From Nitrososphaerales archaeon (GTDB lineage Archaea; Thermoproteota; Nitrososphaeria; Nitrososphaerales; Gagatemarchaeaceae), in NCBI GenBank assembly GCA_050015955.1, contig JBEKAG010000001.1:1-41838 (forward strand): a DNA stretch of 41,838 nucleotides, written 5' to 3'. The notes beneath the pieces are model-generated. The model ran no database searches. It worked only from the letters and a program-made list of their open reading frames with translations, and was not told where the DNA came from. A program made the position numbers and the translations under genes. This document shows, one piece after another, positions 17,550-25,945 of the stretch. How positions within the stretch are numbered: the stretch's first letter is position 1; each line of letters opens with the position of its first letter.

Positions 17550-18693
17550 AGTCGGCGATCAGATCCTCTTTATCCTCGATTCCCACTGAGAGCCTGATCA
17601 AAGATTCCGGAATCCCGGTCTTCGCCCTTTCTGCGGCCGTCAGCTGGGTGTGAGTCATCAACGAAGGCTGCGAGACCAGCGTTATGACGCCGCCTAGGCT
17701 GGCCGCCAAGAGAGCGACCTTCAACCTCTCCGTAAGCCGCATTGCGTCCTGCATGCTTCCATTCGGCTCGAAGCTCATCATCCCACCATATCCGCTCATC
17801 TGCCTCTTGGCCAGCGCGTGCTGGGGGTGTCCCTTCAGTCCAGGGTAGTGGACCGCCTTGACCCTCCTGTGCTTGGAGAGGAACTCGGCGAGGGCCATCG
17901 CGCTCTCGTTCTGGGTCCTCACCCTGAGCGCCATCGTCTTCATCCCCCGGAGGACGAGCCACGATGCGAGTGGGTCGAGGGTCCCTCCCAAGTCCCTTCT
18001 AAGATGGCTAATCTTCTCCACATTCTCCCTGCCACCTGCCACAGCGCCTGCGGTGACGTCAGCATGACCGTTGAGATACTTGGTGGCACTGTGCAACACA
18101 AGGTCGGCGCCTAACTCGATGGGCTTCTGGTTTATCGGCGAGGCGAAGGTGTTGTCAACCAACAGGAGGGCGCCTGCCTTATGGGCAATCCTCGCTGTCT
18201 TCGCGATATCGACCACCTTCAGTGTAGGGTTGGTGGGCGTCTCGATGTGCACAAGCTTCGTGTTCGGCCTCATCGCGTCCTTCATGGCCTGTTGGTCTTC
18301 GGTGTCGACCAGCGTCGTCTTCACTCCAAGCCTGGGCAGAATCTTGCTCATCAGCTCGAACGTACCCCCGTAAAGGTCCCTGATTGCGACGGCGTGATCT
18401 CCTGCGCTGAGGAAGGTGAGGACCGAGGTCGAGATCGCCGCCATCCCGGAGGAGAAGAACGCGGCGTCCTCGGCACCTTCGAGTGAAGCGAGCTTCTTCT
18501 CCAGCCTCACAGTGGTCGGGTTGCCCCACCTGGTGTAGGCGAACTTCCCGCTCTCTCCGGCGACAGCCTTCCTCGCCTCCTCGGCCTCCGTAAACGCGAA
18601 GGTTGTGGTCTGGTAGATTGGAGTCACAACAGAGCCAGATTCCGCATCGAATGGCTCTCCCTCATGCACACACCGCGTCGAATCCTTGGCCAT
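17524..18693 (-). CDS. PLP-dependent Cys/Met-metabolism enzyme (cystathionine gamma-synthase / O-acylhomoserine sulfhydrylase family)
   Basis: PIYQTTTF, SSGMAAI, the PLP-lysine block HSATKYLNGHADV, and C-terminal IRLSVGIED. The track ORF starts at 18861, but the family N-terminus aligns with MAKDSTRCVHEGE (ATG at 18693). Confidence 0.85.
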   Translation of the reverse strand: MAKDSTRCVHEGEPFDAESGSVVTPIYQTTTFAFTEAEEARKAVAGESGKFAYTRWGNPTTVRLEKKLASLEGAEDAAFFSSGMAAISTSVLTFLSAGDHAVAIRDLYGGTFELMSKILPRLGVKTTLVDTEDQQAMKDAMRPNTKLVHIETPTNPTLKVVDIAKTARIAHKAGALLLVDNTFASPINQKPIELGADLVLHSATKYLNGHADVTAGAVAGGRENVEKISHLRRDLGGTLDPLASWLVLRGMKTMALRVRTQNESAMALAEFLSKHRRVKAVHYPGLKGHPQHALAKRQMSGYGGMMSFEPNGSMQDAMRLTERLKVALLAASLGGVITLVSQPSLMTHTQLTAAERAKTGIPESLIRLSVGIEDKEDLIADFKQALDSL

Positions 18694-18876
18694 GGCGTCT
18701 CTTCGCCCTTCTAGAGTGTTAGATAAGCACTGCGAGGCAGTCAACAAACTGGTTGCAATTGTGCCACTCTGTTCTGTGGAAATCGGCCGGTCAGGTTGAC
18801 AGGGGTCTGCACGCGCACGGACTGTGGCGCCCTGTTCTGAGAATGGGCCGAGCGACCTCAAGAAGGGAGGGTGGTG

Positions 18877-18984
18877 CTAGTCCTGTCTTCTTTCTCCTCC
18901 ATGATTCCCCTCCAAAAAGAAGGCTGTGATCAAGGTTAAGACTACAATTATCACAAAAAGGACAAAGATCGTAGGGATAGTCAT
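18877..18984 (-). CDS. possible small single-TM peptide (35 aa)
   Basis: Own translation: MTIPTIFVLFVIIVVLTLITAFFLEGNHGGERRQD. It lies in the AT-richer spacer upstream of the PLP enzyme on the same strand. No other support. Confidence 0.2.
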   Translation of the reverse strand: MTIPTIFVLFVIIVVLTLITAFFLEGNHGGERRQD

Positions 18985-19051
18985 CGAATCGGTTTTTTTA
19001 AAGTGAGGCAAATCATCTAGTTTTTATCGTCTGCATGTGGAACTAATTTCG

Positions 19052-20113
19052 ATGAGCGAAATCAAGTTAGCTTTCATCGGGTTTGGAACTGTGGCGCAGG
19101 GCTGTGCCGAACGACTTGTCCTGAACAAAGCGCAACTTTCCCAGGAACACAACTTTGAGTACAGAGTTGTGTCGATCTCTGACACATTGAAGGGGTCCAT
19201 CCAGAACAACGACGGAATCGACCTGTCCGAAGCCCTAAGGCTTGCGAAAGGGGGAAAGAAGTTGGACGGACAAGGAATGAAGGGTGTCGTAGGCCTCTCT
19301 TCGCTCGAATCAATCAGGACATCTGAGGCAGATGTCGTAATTGAGGCTTCTTGGACGAACCTTAAGGACGGCGAGCCCGGTCTTAGTCACATAATAGGCG
19401 CCCTTCAAAACGGCAAAGATGTCGTGACGTCGAATAAGGGTCCTCTGGCGCTGGCGTACAGGCGGCTTGTTGCCCTGGCCAAAGGGCAAGGAAGACATCT
19501 CAGATTTGAATCGACCGTCATGAGTGGTACCCCTGTCTTTAGTTTGAAGGAGTTCGGGCTCGCGGGAGCAAAAGTGACAGAACTGAGGGGGATTCTGAAC
19601 GGAACCACTAACTATATTCTTACTCAGATGGAGCAAGGCATGAGGTACGACGAGGCGCTCAAGCAGGCGCAGAAACTAGGGTATGCCGAGGCGAATCCTG
19701 AGGGAGATGTCGAAGCATACGATCCCGCAGCCAAAGTGACTATCCTTGCCAACGCTCTAATGAGTGCCGATGTTAACTACAGGGACGTCGAAAGGGAAGG
19801 GATAAGCGAGATTACTCCAGAAGCCATTAGGAATGCGTCCAAAAAGTCTGAACGTATCAAGCTAGTTGCCAGCGCTTCAATCGGCGGTGACGGCAAAGTC
19901 AGAGCGGCGGTCAGGCCGACGCCAGTTCCCTACACGAACATCCTAGCCCATGTCGGAGGAGTAATGAATGCGCTCCAAATATCGACCGACGTGCAACCCG
20001 ATGTGACAATCATCGGACCAGGGGCAGGAGGGGACTCGGCAGGGTATGGTCTGTTAAACGATCTCCTTATTGTCCACAAGATGAGAGCTAATGGTGAAAC
20101 GACGACGTCATGA
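19052..20113 (+). CDS. hom: homoserine dehydrogenase
   Basis: N-terminal Rossmann KLAFIGFGTVAQG. The blocks VVTSNKGPLA and LRGILNGTTNYILTQME are characteristic. ATG at 19052 is preferred over the GTG at 19037. Confidence 0.85.
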   Translation: MSEIKLAFIGFGTVAQGCAERLVLNKAQLSQEHNFEYRVVSISDTLKGSIQNNDGIDLSEALRLAKGGKKLDGQGMKGVVGLSSLESIRTSEADVVIEASWTNLKDGEPGLSHIIGALQNGKDVVTSNKGPLALAYRRLVALAKGQGRHLRFESTVMSGTPVFSLKEFGLAGAKVTELRGILNGTTNYILTQMEQGMRYDEALKQAQKLGYAEANPEGDVEAYDPAAKVTILANALMSADVNYRDVEREGISEITPEAIRNASKKSERIKLVASASIGGDGKVRAAVRPTPVPYTNILAHVGGVMNALQISTDVQPDVTIIGPGAGGDSAGYGLLNDLLIVHKMRANGETTTS

Positions 20114-20190
20114 GTTTCAACCCTTATAGGAAGTTCCGGCGCAAGCTCCAATGGTGAATCTTCACGGACCCTGAAGCTGATTTCATCCAG

Positions 20191-21567
20191 GTGAAGGACA
20201 AGTACACAGATAAAGCGATTGGAAGGGTGCCTTCACTTTCTGTTGCACAGTTATCCACTGCAATCGAAGTCGGACACAACGCGTTTCTGAAGTATTCGAA
20301 ATCACTCCGTTTGTACCAGAGGGCCGAGATACTAGCGAAAGCTTCTCACTTGCTCCAAGAGCGTAACGAGGACTTCGCCAGGTTAATCGCAAGAGAGGCC
20401 GGCAAGCCCATCAAGTACTCTCGGAAGGAGGCGAAGCGGGCCTCACTGACGATGCAGTTCTCCTCCGAGGAAGCAAAGAGGGTACACGGCGAGACAATCC
20501 CGTTTGACGCCGAGCCAAGGGGACAGGATAGGACGGGGTACTGGTATCGAGTTCCAGCGGGACTGGTGGCCGCCATAACCCCGTTCAACGATCCCCTGAA
20601 CTTGGTCGCCCACAAGCTGGGTCCAGCGATTGCAGCAGGGGACACAGTGATTTTGAAGCCAGCTAGCCTCACCCCGTTATCTGCAATCAAGCTTGTCGAA
20701 GTGTTGAAAGAAGCGGGTTTGCCCGAGGATTACATCAGCGTAGTAACTGGCCATGGCGAGATGCTGGGCGACGCCTTGGTTTCCAATCCCTATGTCAGGG
20801 TTGTGACCTTCACTGGAGGAGTGGAGGCCGGTGAAAGGATCACAAAGGTGGCGGGACTGAAGAAGATAGCGATGGAGCTCGGAAGTAACTGCCCTGTGAT
20901 TGTGATGGACGACGCGCCACTAGATTCTACTGCAGAATGCGTTGTTGATGCGGGGTACAACTGCCAGGGTCAGAACTGTATTCACGCGCAGAGAGTAATG
21001 ATACACGATTCACTTTATGAAGAACTCACGGAAAGGCTGGTCGAAGATACCAAGAAGCTGAGGGTTGGCAACCCACTGGAGGAGACCACTGACTTGGGTC
21101 CCATGATCGAAGAATCGCAAGCAGTCAGGTGCGAGAGTTGGGTGAACGAGGCCATCAAGAAGGGCGCGACGCTTCTATCTGGGGGCAAGAGAGATGGAGC
21201 ATTCTACATGCCAACTATTCTAGCCGATGTTCCCAGCGACGCGACCATAGCAAAAGAGGAAATATTCGGGCCGGTCGTCGTAGTCTCCAAGTTCAGCAAA
21301 CTGTCCGATGCCATTGAACGAAGCAATGACACCAATTACGGACTTCATGCTGGAATCTTCACCAAGTCCGTCGACAATATCATGAACGCCATCTCAAATC
21401 TAGACTTTGGATCGGTGCTGGTCAATGATACTAGCGACTTCAGAGTGGACTTCATGCCCTTTGGTGGAATGAAGTCCAGTGGACTGGGAAGAGAAGGCAT
21501 CAGGTTTGCCATTGAGGAGACGATGACAGAAATCAAGACAGTCATCCTTAGAAACCCTGTGACATAG
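20191..21567 (+). CDS. NAD(P)-dependent aldehyde dehydrogenase family protein
   Basis: 458 aa. ALDH blocks ITPFNDPLNL, MELGSNCP (the ELGGKxP position), catalytic Cys region NCQGQNCIHAQR, and EEIFGPV. GTG start. Confidence 0.85.
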   Translation: MKDKYTDKAIGRVPSLSVAQLSTAIEVGHNAFLKYSKSLRLYQRAEILAKASHLLQERNEDFARLIAREAGKPIKYSRKEAKRASLTMQFSSEEAKRVHGETIPFDAEPRGQDRTGYWYRVPAGLVAAITPFNDPLNLVAHKLGPAIAAGDTVILKPASLTPLSAIKLVEVLKEAGLPEDYISVVTGHGEMLGDALVSNPYVRVVTFTGGVEAGERITKVAGLKKIAMELGSNCPVIVMDDAPLDSTAECVVDAGYNCQGQNCIHAQRVMIHDSLYEELTERLVEDTKKLRVGNPLEETTDLGPMIEESQAVRCESWVNEAIKKGATLLSGGKRDGAFYMPTILADVPSDATIAKEEIFGPVVVVSKFSKLSDAIERSNDTNYGLHAGIFTKSVDNIMNAISNLDFGSVLVNDTSDFRVDFMPFGGMKSSGLGREGIRFAIEETMTEIKTVILRNPVT

Positions 21568-21622
21568 GCAGACATGGAATCAGCATGCAATGGACGTGTA
21601 TGTCCTCCTAGGATGTGTTCAT

Positions 21623-21859
21623 TCACAAGAAAGCTGACGGTACTGGAAGGTCCTTCATGGTGCAGAGTCCCAGTGGAGATCTCACCACCTTAGGAATCAT
21701 GTTTGCAGGCGTAGCAACAGTTCCGTGGTCCCCGTGCGCGCACGCTACGCTATGATTCTACGCCCTCCCATGAATCCCTCTGCGCGCGCTGGTCGTAACA
21801 GGCCCAACTTCACCAACGACAGTCTTGTCGAGCTTCCACTCGATCGCATCCGCAATCAT
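21623..21859 (-). pseudogene. 78-codon frame interrupted by one in-frame TAG (21758-21760); decayed gene or two chance mini-ORFs
   Basis: Own translation: MIADAIEWKLDKTVVGEVGPVTTSARRGIHGRA*NHSVACAHGDHGTVATPANMIPKVVRSPLGLCTMKDLPVPSAFL. The ATG is preceded at 11 nt by a (GC)4 tract. Two more GC tracts lie inside the frame. Confidence 0.2.
21782..21789. repeat. alternating (GC)4 tract with a CCCTCT flank identical to the copy at 699-712
   Basis: Read directly: ccctct-gcgcgcgc-tgg. Confidence 0.9.
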
Positions 21860-21870
21860 CTCTATTGGTA

Positions 21871-21878
21871 GCGCGCGC
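21871..21878. repeat. alternating (GC)4 tract
   Basis: Read directly: ttggta-gcgcgcgc-ctcc. Confidence 0.9.
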
Positions 21879-22135
21879 CTCCTTTAGGAGTTACACTCCG
21901 AGTGAGCAGGGTATAGCCGCAGAACCATCAAGGATTTCTGTATTGGCAGGTAGCGAGGGGAGGAATTTCAGGGAGCTGGACTCCCTTTTGAACGCACGGC
22001 CGGGGTTTCGCCCCAGTCTCCGCTCTGCGGGTTATGAGCCCGCCGGGATGTACCTAGCCCCTCTAGTGGGACTGGCTTCCCCACCTCGCTGCCAAGTGGT
22101 GGTCCATCACGGTTTGCCCTTAAGTCTTCCTTCAG

Positions 22136-22252
22136 CTAACGTCGCGAAGCAGGTTTCGGCATACAAGCGCATCTGCGGTACGTACAGCAGCTGCATCCTC
22201 CGCAGCTTTCGTAGTCCTTGTGTTTGCAGGTACGACAGATGCAGGAGGCCAT
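22136..22252 (-). CDS. Cys-rich 38-aa peptide (9 Cys), metallothionein-like pattern
   Basis: Own translation: MASCICRTCKHKDYESCGGCSCCTYRRCACMPKPASRR. It starts 14 nt after the stop of the HD-domain gene on the same strand, with GGAGA upstream. Third codon positions are mostly C/G, as in neighbouring genes. It is below the ORF-track size cutoff. Confidence 0.35.
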   Translation of the reverse strand: MASCICRTCKHKDYESCGGCSCCTYRRCACMPKPASRR

Positions 22253-22266
22253 GATGCAGGCGTCTC

Positions 22267-22818
22267 CTACCGAGTTTCTTTAATCTTGTCGAAGATGATC
22301 GTTTCGGGGTCGTCGCCGAGGTCGTCCTCGAGGTTCCGCTTCAGCGCTACGAGCCTCTCCACGTCATGCCCCTTCCTCTCGAACCTTCTGACCTCCTCCT
22401 CGAAAGGCCTGATCTTGTCCGTGTCGACCATTTTGTCGGCGAAGCAAACTGCAACCTGTTCCCTCGTCCTAGGAATGTAGTCAAAATCCGGGAGTCCGAG
22501 CGTCTTCGCCTCCTCGCGGGAGATGCCCGCACCTACGTGTCTCCTGACTATCTGGACGACAACTTCGTCGACCCCCTCGACCTTCAGGATCTCAGAGCCC
22601 TCCAGGCCGTGCCTGACAGTCTTGACCCTATTCCTGCCTATATCATGAAGGAGCGCAGCTGCGATTGCAGCTTTCGAATCGATCTCCTTTCCCTGGCGTC
22701 TGAACTCCTCGGCAAGGATGGCCGTGACCAGGGCGACGGTCCTGCAATGCATGATGAGGACATCGTTGCTCCCGTACCTCCTGTGAAGCCTCAGGGCCTC
22801 CTCCCTCGAAGGCTTCAC
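22267..22818 (-). CDS. HD-domain phosphohydrolase family protein
   Basis: 183 aa. The H..HDIGR motif (AALLHDIGRN) and a later RRHVGAG. 4-nt overlap with tfe upstream. Confidence 0.8.
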   Translation of the reverse strand: MKPSREEALRLHRRYGSNDVLIMHCRTVALVTAILAEEFRRQGKEIDSKAAIAAALLHDIGRNRVKTVRHGLEGSEILKVEGVDEVVVQIVRRHVGAGISREEAKTLGLPDFDYIPRTREQVAVCFADKMVDTDKIRPFEEEVRRFERKGHDVERLVALKRNLEDDLGDDPETIIFDKIKETR

Positions 22819-23324
22819 TTGACCAGTTCCTCGTCTAGCTGCTTAATCTTCCAACGCAGGGCTTCCTTCAATTCCGCGTTGTCGAGCCTATTCAACGGGT
22901 GTCCGCACGTCGGACACTTGAAGAAACTCTCCATCGCGTCCTCGAACGTCCTGGTCAGACAGGTCGCGGTCCCACAGTAGTAGAATTCATGCGTGTCCTC
23001 ATAGTCAAGTCTCTGCCTGAGCCTGTTCAGGACCTTCCTACGCTGCGTCTGGATGAAGCCGTCGGTCTGATCTCTCTGGGCCTTCCATCTGTAGACGAAC
23101 CAACCACGCTTGGGGTCCCTTACCCTCACTCCCGTTATCAGGCTCCGGCCAAAGAGGTCGTAAAGGGCCTTCCTCACGGTCTTGATCTTCAGTCCGGTGG
23201 CAGAGGCAATCTCCTCATCCGTGGCGTTCTCGTTGTTGAGCAGTGCCCTTGCTACCTTGACGTATTCAGGTCCCCCTATCAGACCTGCGACTTTCACAAA
23301 GGTATCCTCGTATTCTATCTTCAT
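22815..23324 (-). CDS. tfe: transcription factor E (TFE alpha)
   Basis: N-terminal winged helix (EYVKVARALLNNENATDEEIASATGLKIKTVRKALYDL), then a zinc ribbon YYCGTATC...FKCPTCGHPL. 169 aa. Confidence 0.85.
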   Translation of the reverse strand: MKIEYEDTFVKVAGLIGGPEYVKVARALLNNENATDEEIASATGLKIKTVRKALYDLFGRSLITGVRVRDPKRGWFVYRWKAQRDQTDGFIQTQRRKVLNRLRQRLDYEDTHEFYYCGTATCLTRTFEDAMESFFKCPTCGHPLNRLDNAELKEALRWKIKQLDEELVK

Positions 23325-23848
23325 TTCTCTACGACCCTCTTGCCCTTTGGTGAAGGCAAGATACGGAGTCTGCTTTTTTCAAACGCTCTCTTAAGCTCTT
23401 CCCCAGACTGGATCTCGTGAAGCGCGATGGCCAGGGCGGCTATCTCCGAGTGTGGCTGCGACGTCACGGCAATGTTGTAGTCAGATTCGTGGTAGACCTT
23501 GCCAGGCACCTTGGGTCCTCCGACCACCAGTAGGAGCTTCTCGAGGCCCCTCAGTTCCGCGACCTTGTCCTGGAGTGGCATTCCGTACATCGTTAGGTGG
23601 ACGATGCTCCTTCTTTCTGCCTTAGAATCTTGGATGACCTTCCTCCACGGCACGCCTAGAATCACTTGGAAGTCCCCGCCCCACGTCCTGTTCACCTCTT
23701 CGAGGGTTCCGACCACGTCCTTCTCTGCGTCTCCGAGAAAGATCGATTCAGCCCCGAGGGCTCTCGACACAAGGCATAGGTGGGTCAGTGTCCTGTCGTC
23801 TCTGACGTACCGTTGCCCTATCCTGAGCACCCTGATGCTCTGTGTCAT
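23321..23848 (-). CDS. trm56: tRNA (cytidine56-2'-O)-methyltransferase aTrm56 (SPOUT)
   Basis: IRVLRIGQRYVRDDRTLTHLCLVSRALGAE ... VHLTMYG ... LLLVVGGPKVPGKVYHESDYNIAVTSQPHSEIAALAI matches Pyrococcus Trm56 as remembered. Start moved to M44 (ATG 23848) of the track ORF. Confidence 0.8.
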   Translation of the reverse strand: MTQSIRVLRIGQRYVRDDRTLTHLCLVSRALGAESIFLGDAEKDVVGTLEEVNRTWGGDFQVILGVPWRKVIQDSKAERRSIVHLTMYGMPLQDKVAELRGLEKLLLVVGGPKVPGKVYHESDYNIAVTSQPHSEIAALAIALHEIQSGEELKRAFEKSRLRILPSPKGKRVVEK

Positions 23849-23850
23849 CC

Positions 23851-24954
23851 TCACGCACCCTCCAGGAGGGTCCGTTGAGGGTCCTCGACCCTCAAAGAAA
23901 CCTCGTGCAAAAGTCGGGGGATTCCTTGGCCAGTTCTGGCGGAAACGAAGGTCGCGTCCCGCATGTCGGCCTGCCACATCTTTTCTCCAAGTTCCTCCCT
24001 GGTGACAAGATCCGACTTGTTCATGACTGTCAGTATTCTAGAGTCGGGGACATCGAGTTCTGAGAGGGTCTCGAAACAACTCCCGCAATTCAAGGTCATT
24101 CTCTCCACGGGAAGGCCGGCATCGACGAGGAGGAGGACGACGGTAGCTAGTGAGACTTCTTCTAGAGTCGACTTGAATGCTTCGACCAAGAAGTGGGGCA
24201 GTCGGCTGATGAACCCCACCGTATCAGTAACGAGGACGCGCCTTCCACCGATGTCGATCCCTCTTGTGGTCGGGCTGAGAGTCGTGAAGACGCCTGCGTC
24301 GACCTCCTTCCCCTCTCCGGTCAGTCGGTTGAAGAGAGTAGTTTTCCCCACCCCTGTGTACCCGGTGATGGCCACCGTGGGGTAACCAGCCTTCTCACGC
24401 CTGTACCTGAAGATCTTCCGTCTCTCGCTCACTTCCCTGACCTTCCTCTTCAACGTGGCGACCCTCTTCTTCATCATCCTCAGATATACGTCCACCTCAT
24501 ACTTTCCGAGCCCGAAGAAGCCTGGCTGCTCACCTGCCTTCGCCATCCTGACCTTGTCCTTTGCCTTTGGCAGCTCATACGCCAGCTCAGCCAGCTCGAC
24601 CTGCAACTTTGCTTCAGCAGTAGATGCCCTTCTTGCGAAGATTTCCAGGATTAGCTTCTCCCTATCTTCAACCTCCACCTTGCAGAGCTTGACCAGGTTG
24701 TAGGACTGGGAAGCGGTCAGTTGCGAGTCGAAGATCACTTTCTCTGCACTTGTCTCCCTTACCAGCTCCGCGACCTTCTCTGCCTTCCCTTCCCCGACCC
24801 CGTACTTCGCCCTCGTCAGATACCTCTGGGTCAGGGACCCCACGACCTCGTACCCCCCCGCCTTCGCAAGCGCGTTCGCTTCCTCAGCCTCGTACCTATC
24901 GGGATAATGAATCAGGATTACCCTAGTCACGCAGACTTCCCGCCCTCCCCCCAT
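23851..24954 (-). CDS. hflX: GTPase HflX
   Basis: HflX N-terminal domain followed by G motifs GYTGVGKTTLFNRLTG, DTVGF and NKSD. Confidence 0.9.
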   Translation of the reverse strand: MGGGREVCVTRVILIHYPDRYEAEEANALAKAGGYEVVGSLTQRYLTRAKYGVGEGKAEKVAELVRETSAEKVIFDSQLTASQSYNLVKLCKVEVEDREKLILEIFARRASTAEAKLQVELAELAYELPKAKDKVRMAKAGEQPGFFGLGKYEVDVYLRMMKKRVATLKRKVREVSERRKIFRYRREKAGYPTVAITGYTGVGKTTLFNRLTGEGKEVDAGVFTTLSPTTRGIDIGGRRVLVTDTVGFISRLPHFLVEAFKSTLEEVSLATVVLLLVDAGLPVERMTLNCGSCFETLSELDVPDSRILTVMNKSDLVTREELGEKMWQADMRDATFVSARTGQGIPRLLHEVSLRVEDPQRTLLEGA

Positions 24955-25060
24955 TGGGGAGCAGTATAACTGTCCGAGTTATGGCGCGCGAGTGTCCCAA
25001 CCAGCCCGAGAATTGGCCGGAGCCATTCCTTTTATCGCCCTCTCCAACCCGCCGCAGTAG

Positions 25061-25522
25061 TTGCAGCCACTTGACGAGCGCCGCAGGCTCTCGATTATGG
25101 TCGACTACCTCTTCGGCAGGGGGGTGGCGAGGGCTCTTCCGAAGCAGAATCTGCATCTCGTCTACTCGCGGAGGTCCGGCCGGGTCAAGCTGGTGTTTCA
25201 TGGAGAGCGGCTCTTGGCAACAGTGAAGCCAAACGGGGCCATGGCCCTCACCCTCTACGGAGCAGAACTGCTCGCCAGGGTCCAGAAGTTCAGAGAGAAC
25301 TGCGTAACGGTCGTCGACGAAACTGCGGAATTCGTCCACGGAGGAAGGTCGGTCTTTTGCAAGTTCGTGACTTCTGCGGGAAGAAACGTCCTTCCGAGAA
25401 GCGAGGTCGCGATCCTGGACTCCAAGGGGAACGTGCTGGGGGTCGGGACTGCCGTCCTGAATGGGAAGGTCATGAAACAGTTTAAGTCGGGGGCGGCGGT
25501 GAAGATCCGAGCAGGTCGTTAG
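25061..25522 (+). CDS. pre-PUA/PUA domain RNA-binding protein
   Basis: 153 aa. The C-terminal block AGRNVLPRSEVAILDSKGNVLGVGTAVLNGKVM...GAAVKIR looks PUA-like. TTG start. Confidence 0.6.
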   Translation: MQPLDERRRLSIMVDYLFGRGVARALPKQNLHLVYSRRSGRVKLVFHGERLLATVKPNGAMALTLYGAELLARVQKFRENCVTVVDETAEFVHGGRSVFCKFVTSAGRNVLPRSEVAILDSKGNVLGVGTAVLNGKVMKQFKSGAAVKIRAGR

Positions 25523-25524
25523 TC

Positions 25525-25854
25525 ATGAAGATGGACAATAGGAATGCCAGGCGCATGATGGAGCGGATGGGCATCAACATGAAGGAAATTCCCGACGTCC
25601 AGGAGGTAGTGATCCGGACCGGAGACAAGGAGATGCACATCAAGAACCCATCGGTTTCCGAAGTAGTCGCACAGGGGAACAGGGTCTTTCAAGTCGCGGG
25701 TGACGTGGAGGAAGTTGAGATCGAAAAGGAGACTTACAGCGAGGAGGACGTCCTCCTGGTCCAGCAGCAAACCGGCGCGAACAGGGAAAGGGCTGTAGCG
25801 GCCCTCGAGGAATCTGACGGGGAGGTCGCCAGGGCGATCCTGAAGCTGACATAG
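25525..25854 (+). CDS. nac: nascent polypeptide-associated complex protein (NAC alpha homologue)
   Basis: 109 aa. MERMGINMKEIPDVQEVVIRT... is the NAC domain, and the C-terminal UBA-like segment is EEDVLLVQQQTGANRERAVAALEESDGEVARAI. Confidence 0.9.
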   Translation: MKMDNRNARRMMERMGINMKEIPDVQEVVIRTGDKEMHIKNPSVSEVVAQGNRVFQVAGDVEEVEIEKETYSEEDVLLVQQQTGANRERAVAALEESDGEVARAILKLT

Positions 25855-25945
25855 TCCTCCCGGGGACTCACTCTTCTAGACAGGTCACGCAGTGAACTCG
25901 GCTGCCGATTCAATGCTATAACACGCCTCCTCGACGGGGGGTGCG

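Noticed and set aside
18694-18861. N-terminal extensions of several track ORFs: PLP enzyme 18694-18861, nrdJ 37670-37873, trm56 23849-23977, atpH 29621-29716, hom 19037-19051
   Set aside because: In each case the family alignment, as remembered, begins at an internal Met. The extension is low-complexity or overlaps a neighbouring gene.
21758-21760. In-frame TAG as a pyrrolysine codon
   Set aside because: TAG is used as an ordinary stop by many confident genes in this window: the ABC ATPase (7155-7157), rad50 (12015-12017), the RAM protein, the PLP enzyme, the aldehyde dehydrogenase and the HD protein. The ORF is not a methylamine methyltransferase, and no pyl genes are visible.
21880-22135. 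SRP (7S) RNA
   Set aside because: I found a chance-level 11-mer resemblance to E. coli 4.5S (GCCGGGAUGUA) and an AAGGGAGUCCAGC string. There is no CCC-GGAA-GGGAGCA helix-8 core, no Alu-domain motifs, and the region is too short for archaeal 7S RNA. I kept it only as an unassigned structured region.
21865-22254. 129-aa plus-strand ORF from the track
   Set aside because: It has an Arg/Ser/Pro-rich composition with no motif. It spans the structured non-coding stretch and lies antisense to the Cys-rich ORF. It looks like a GC-driven open frame.
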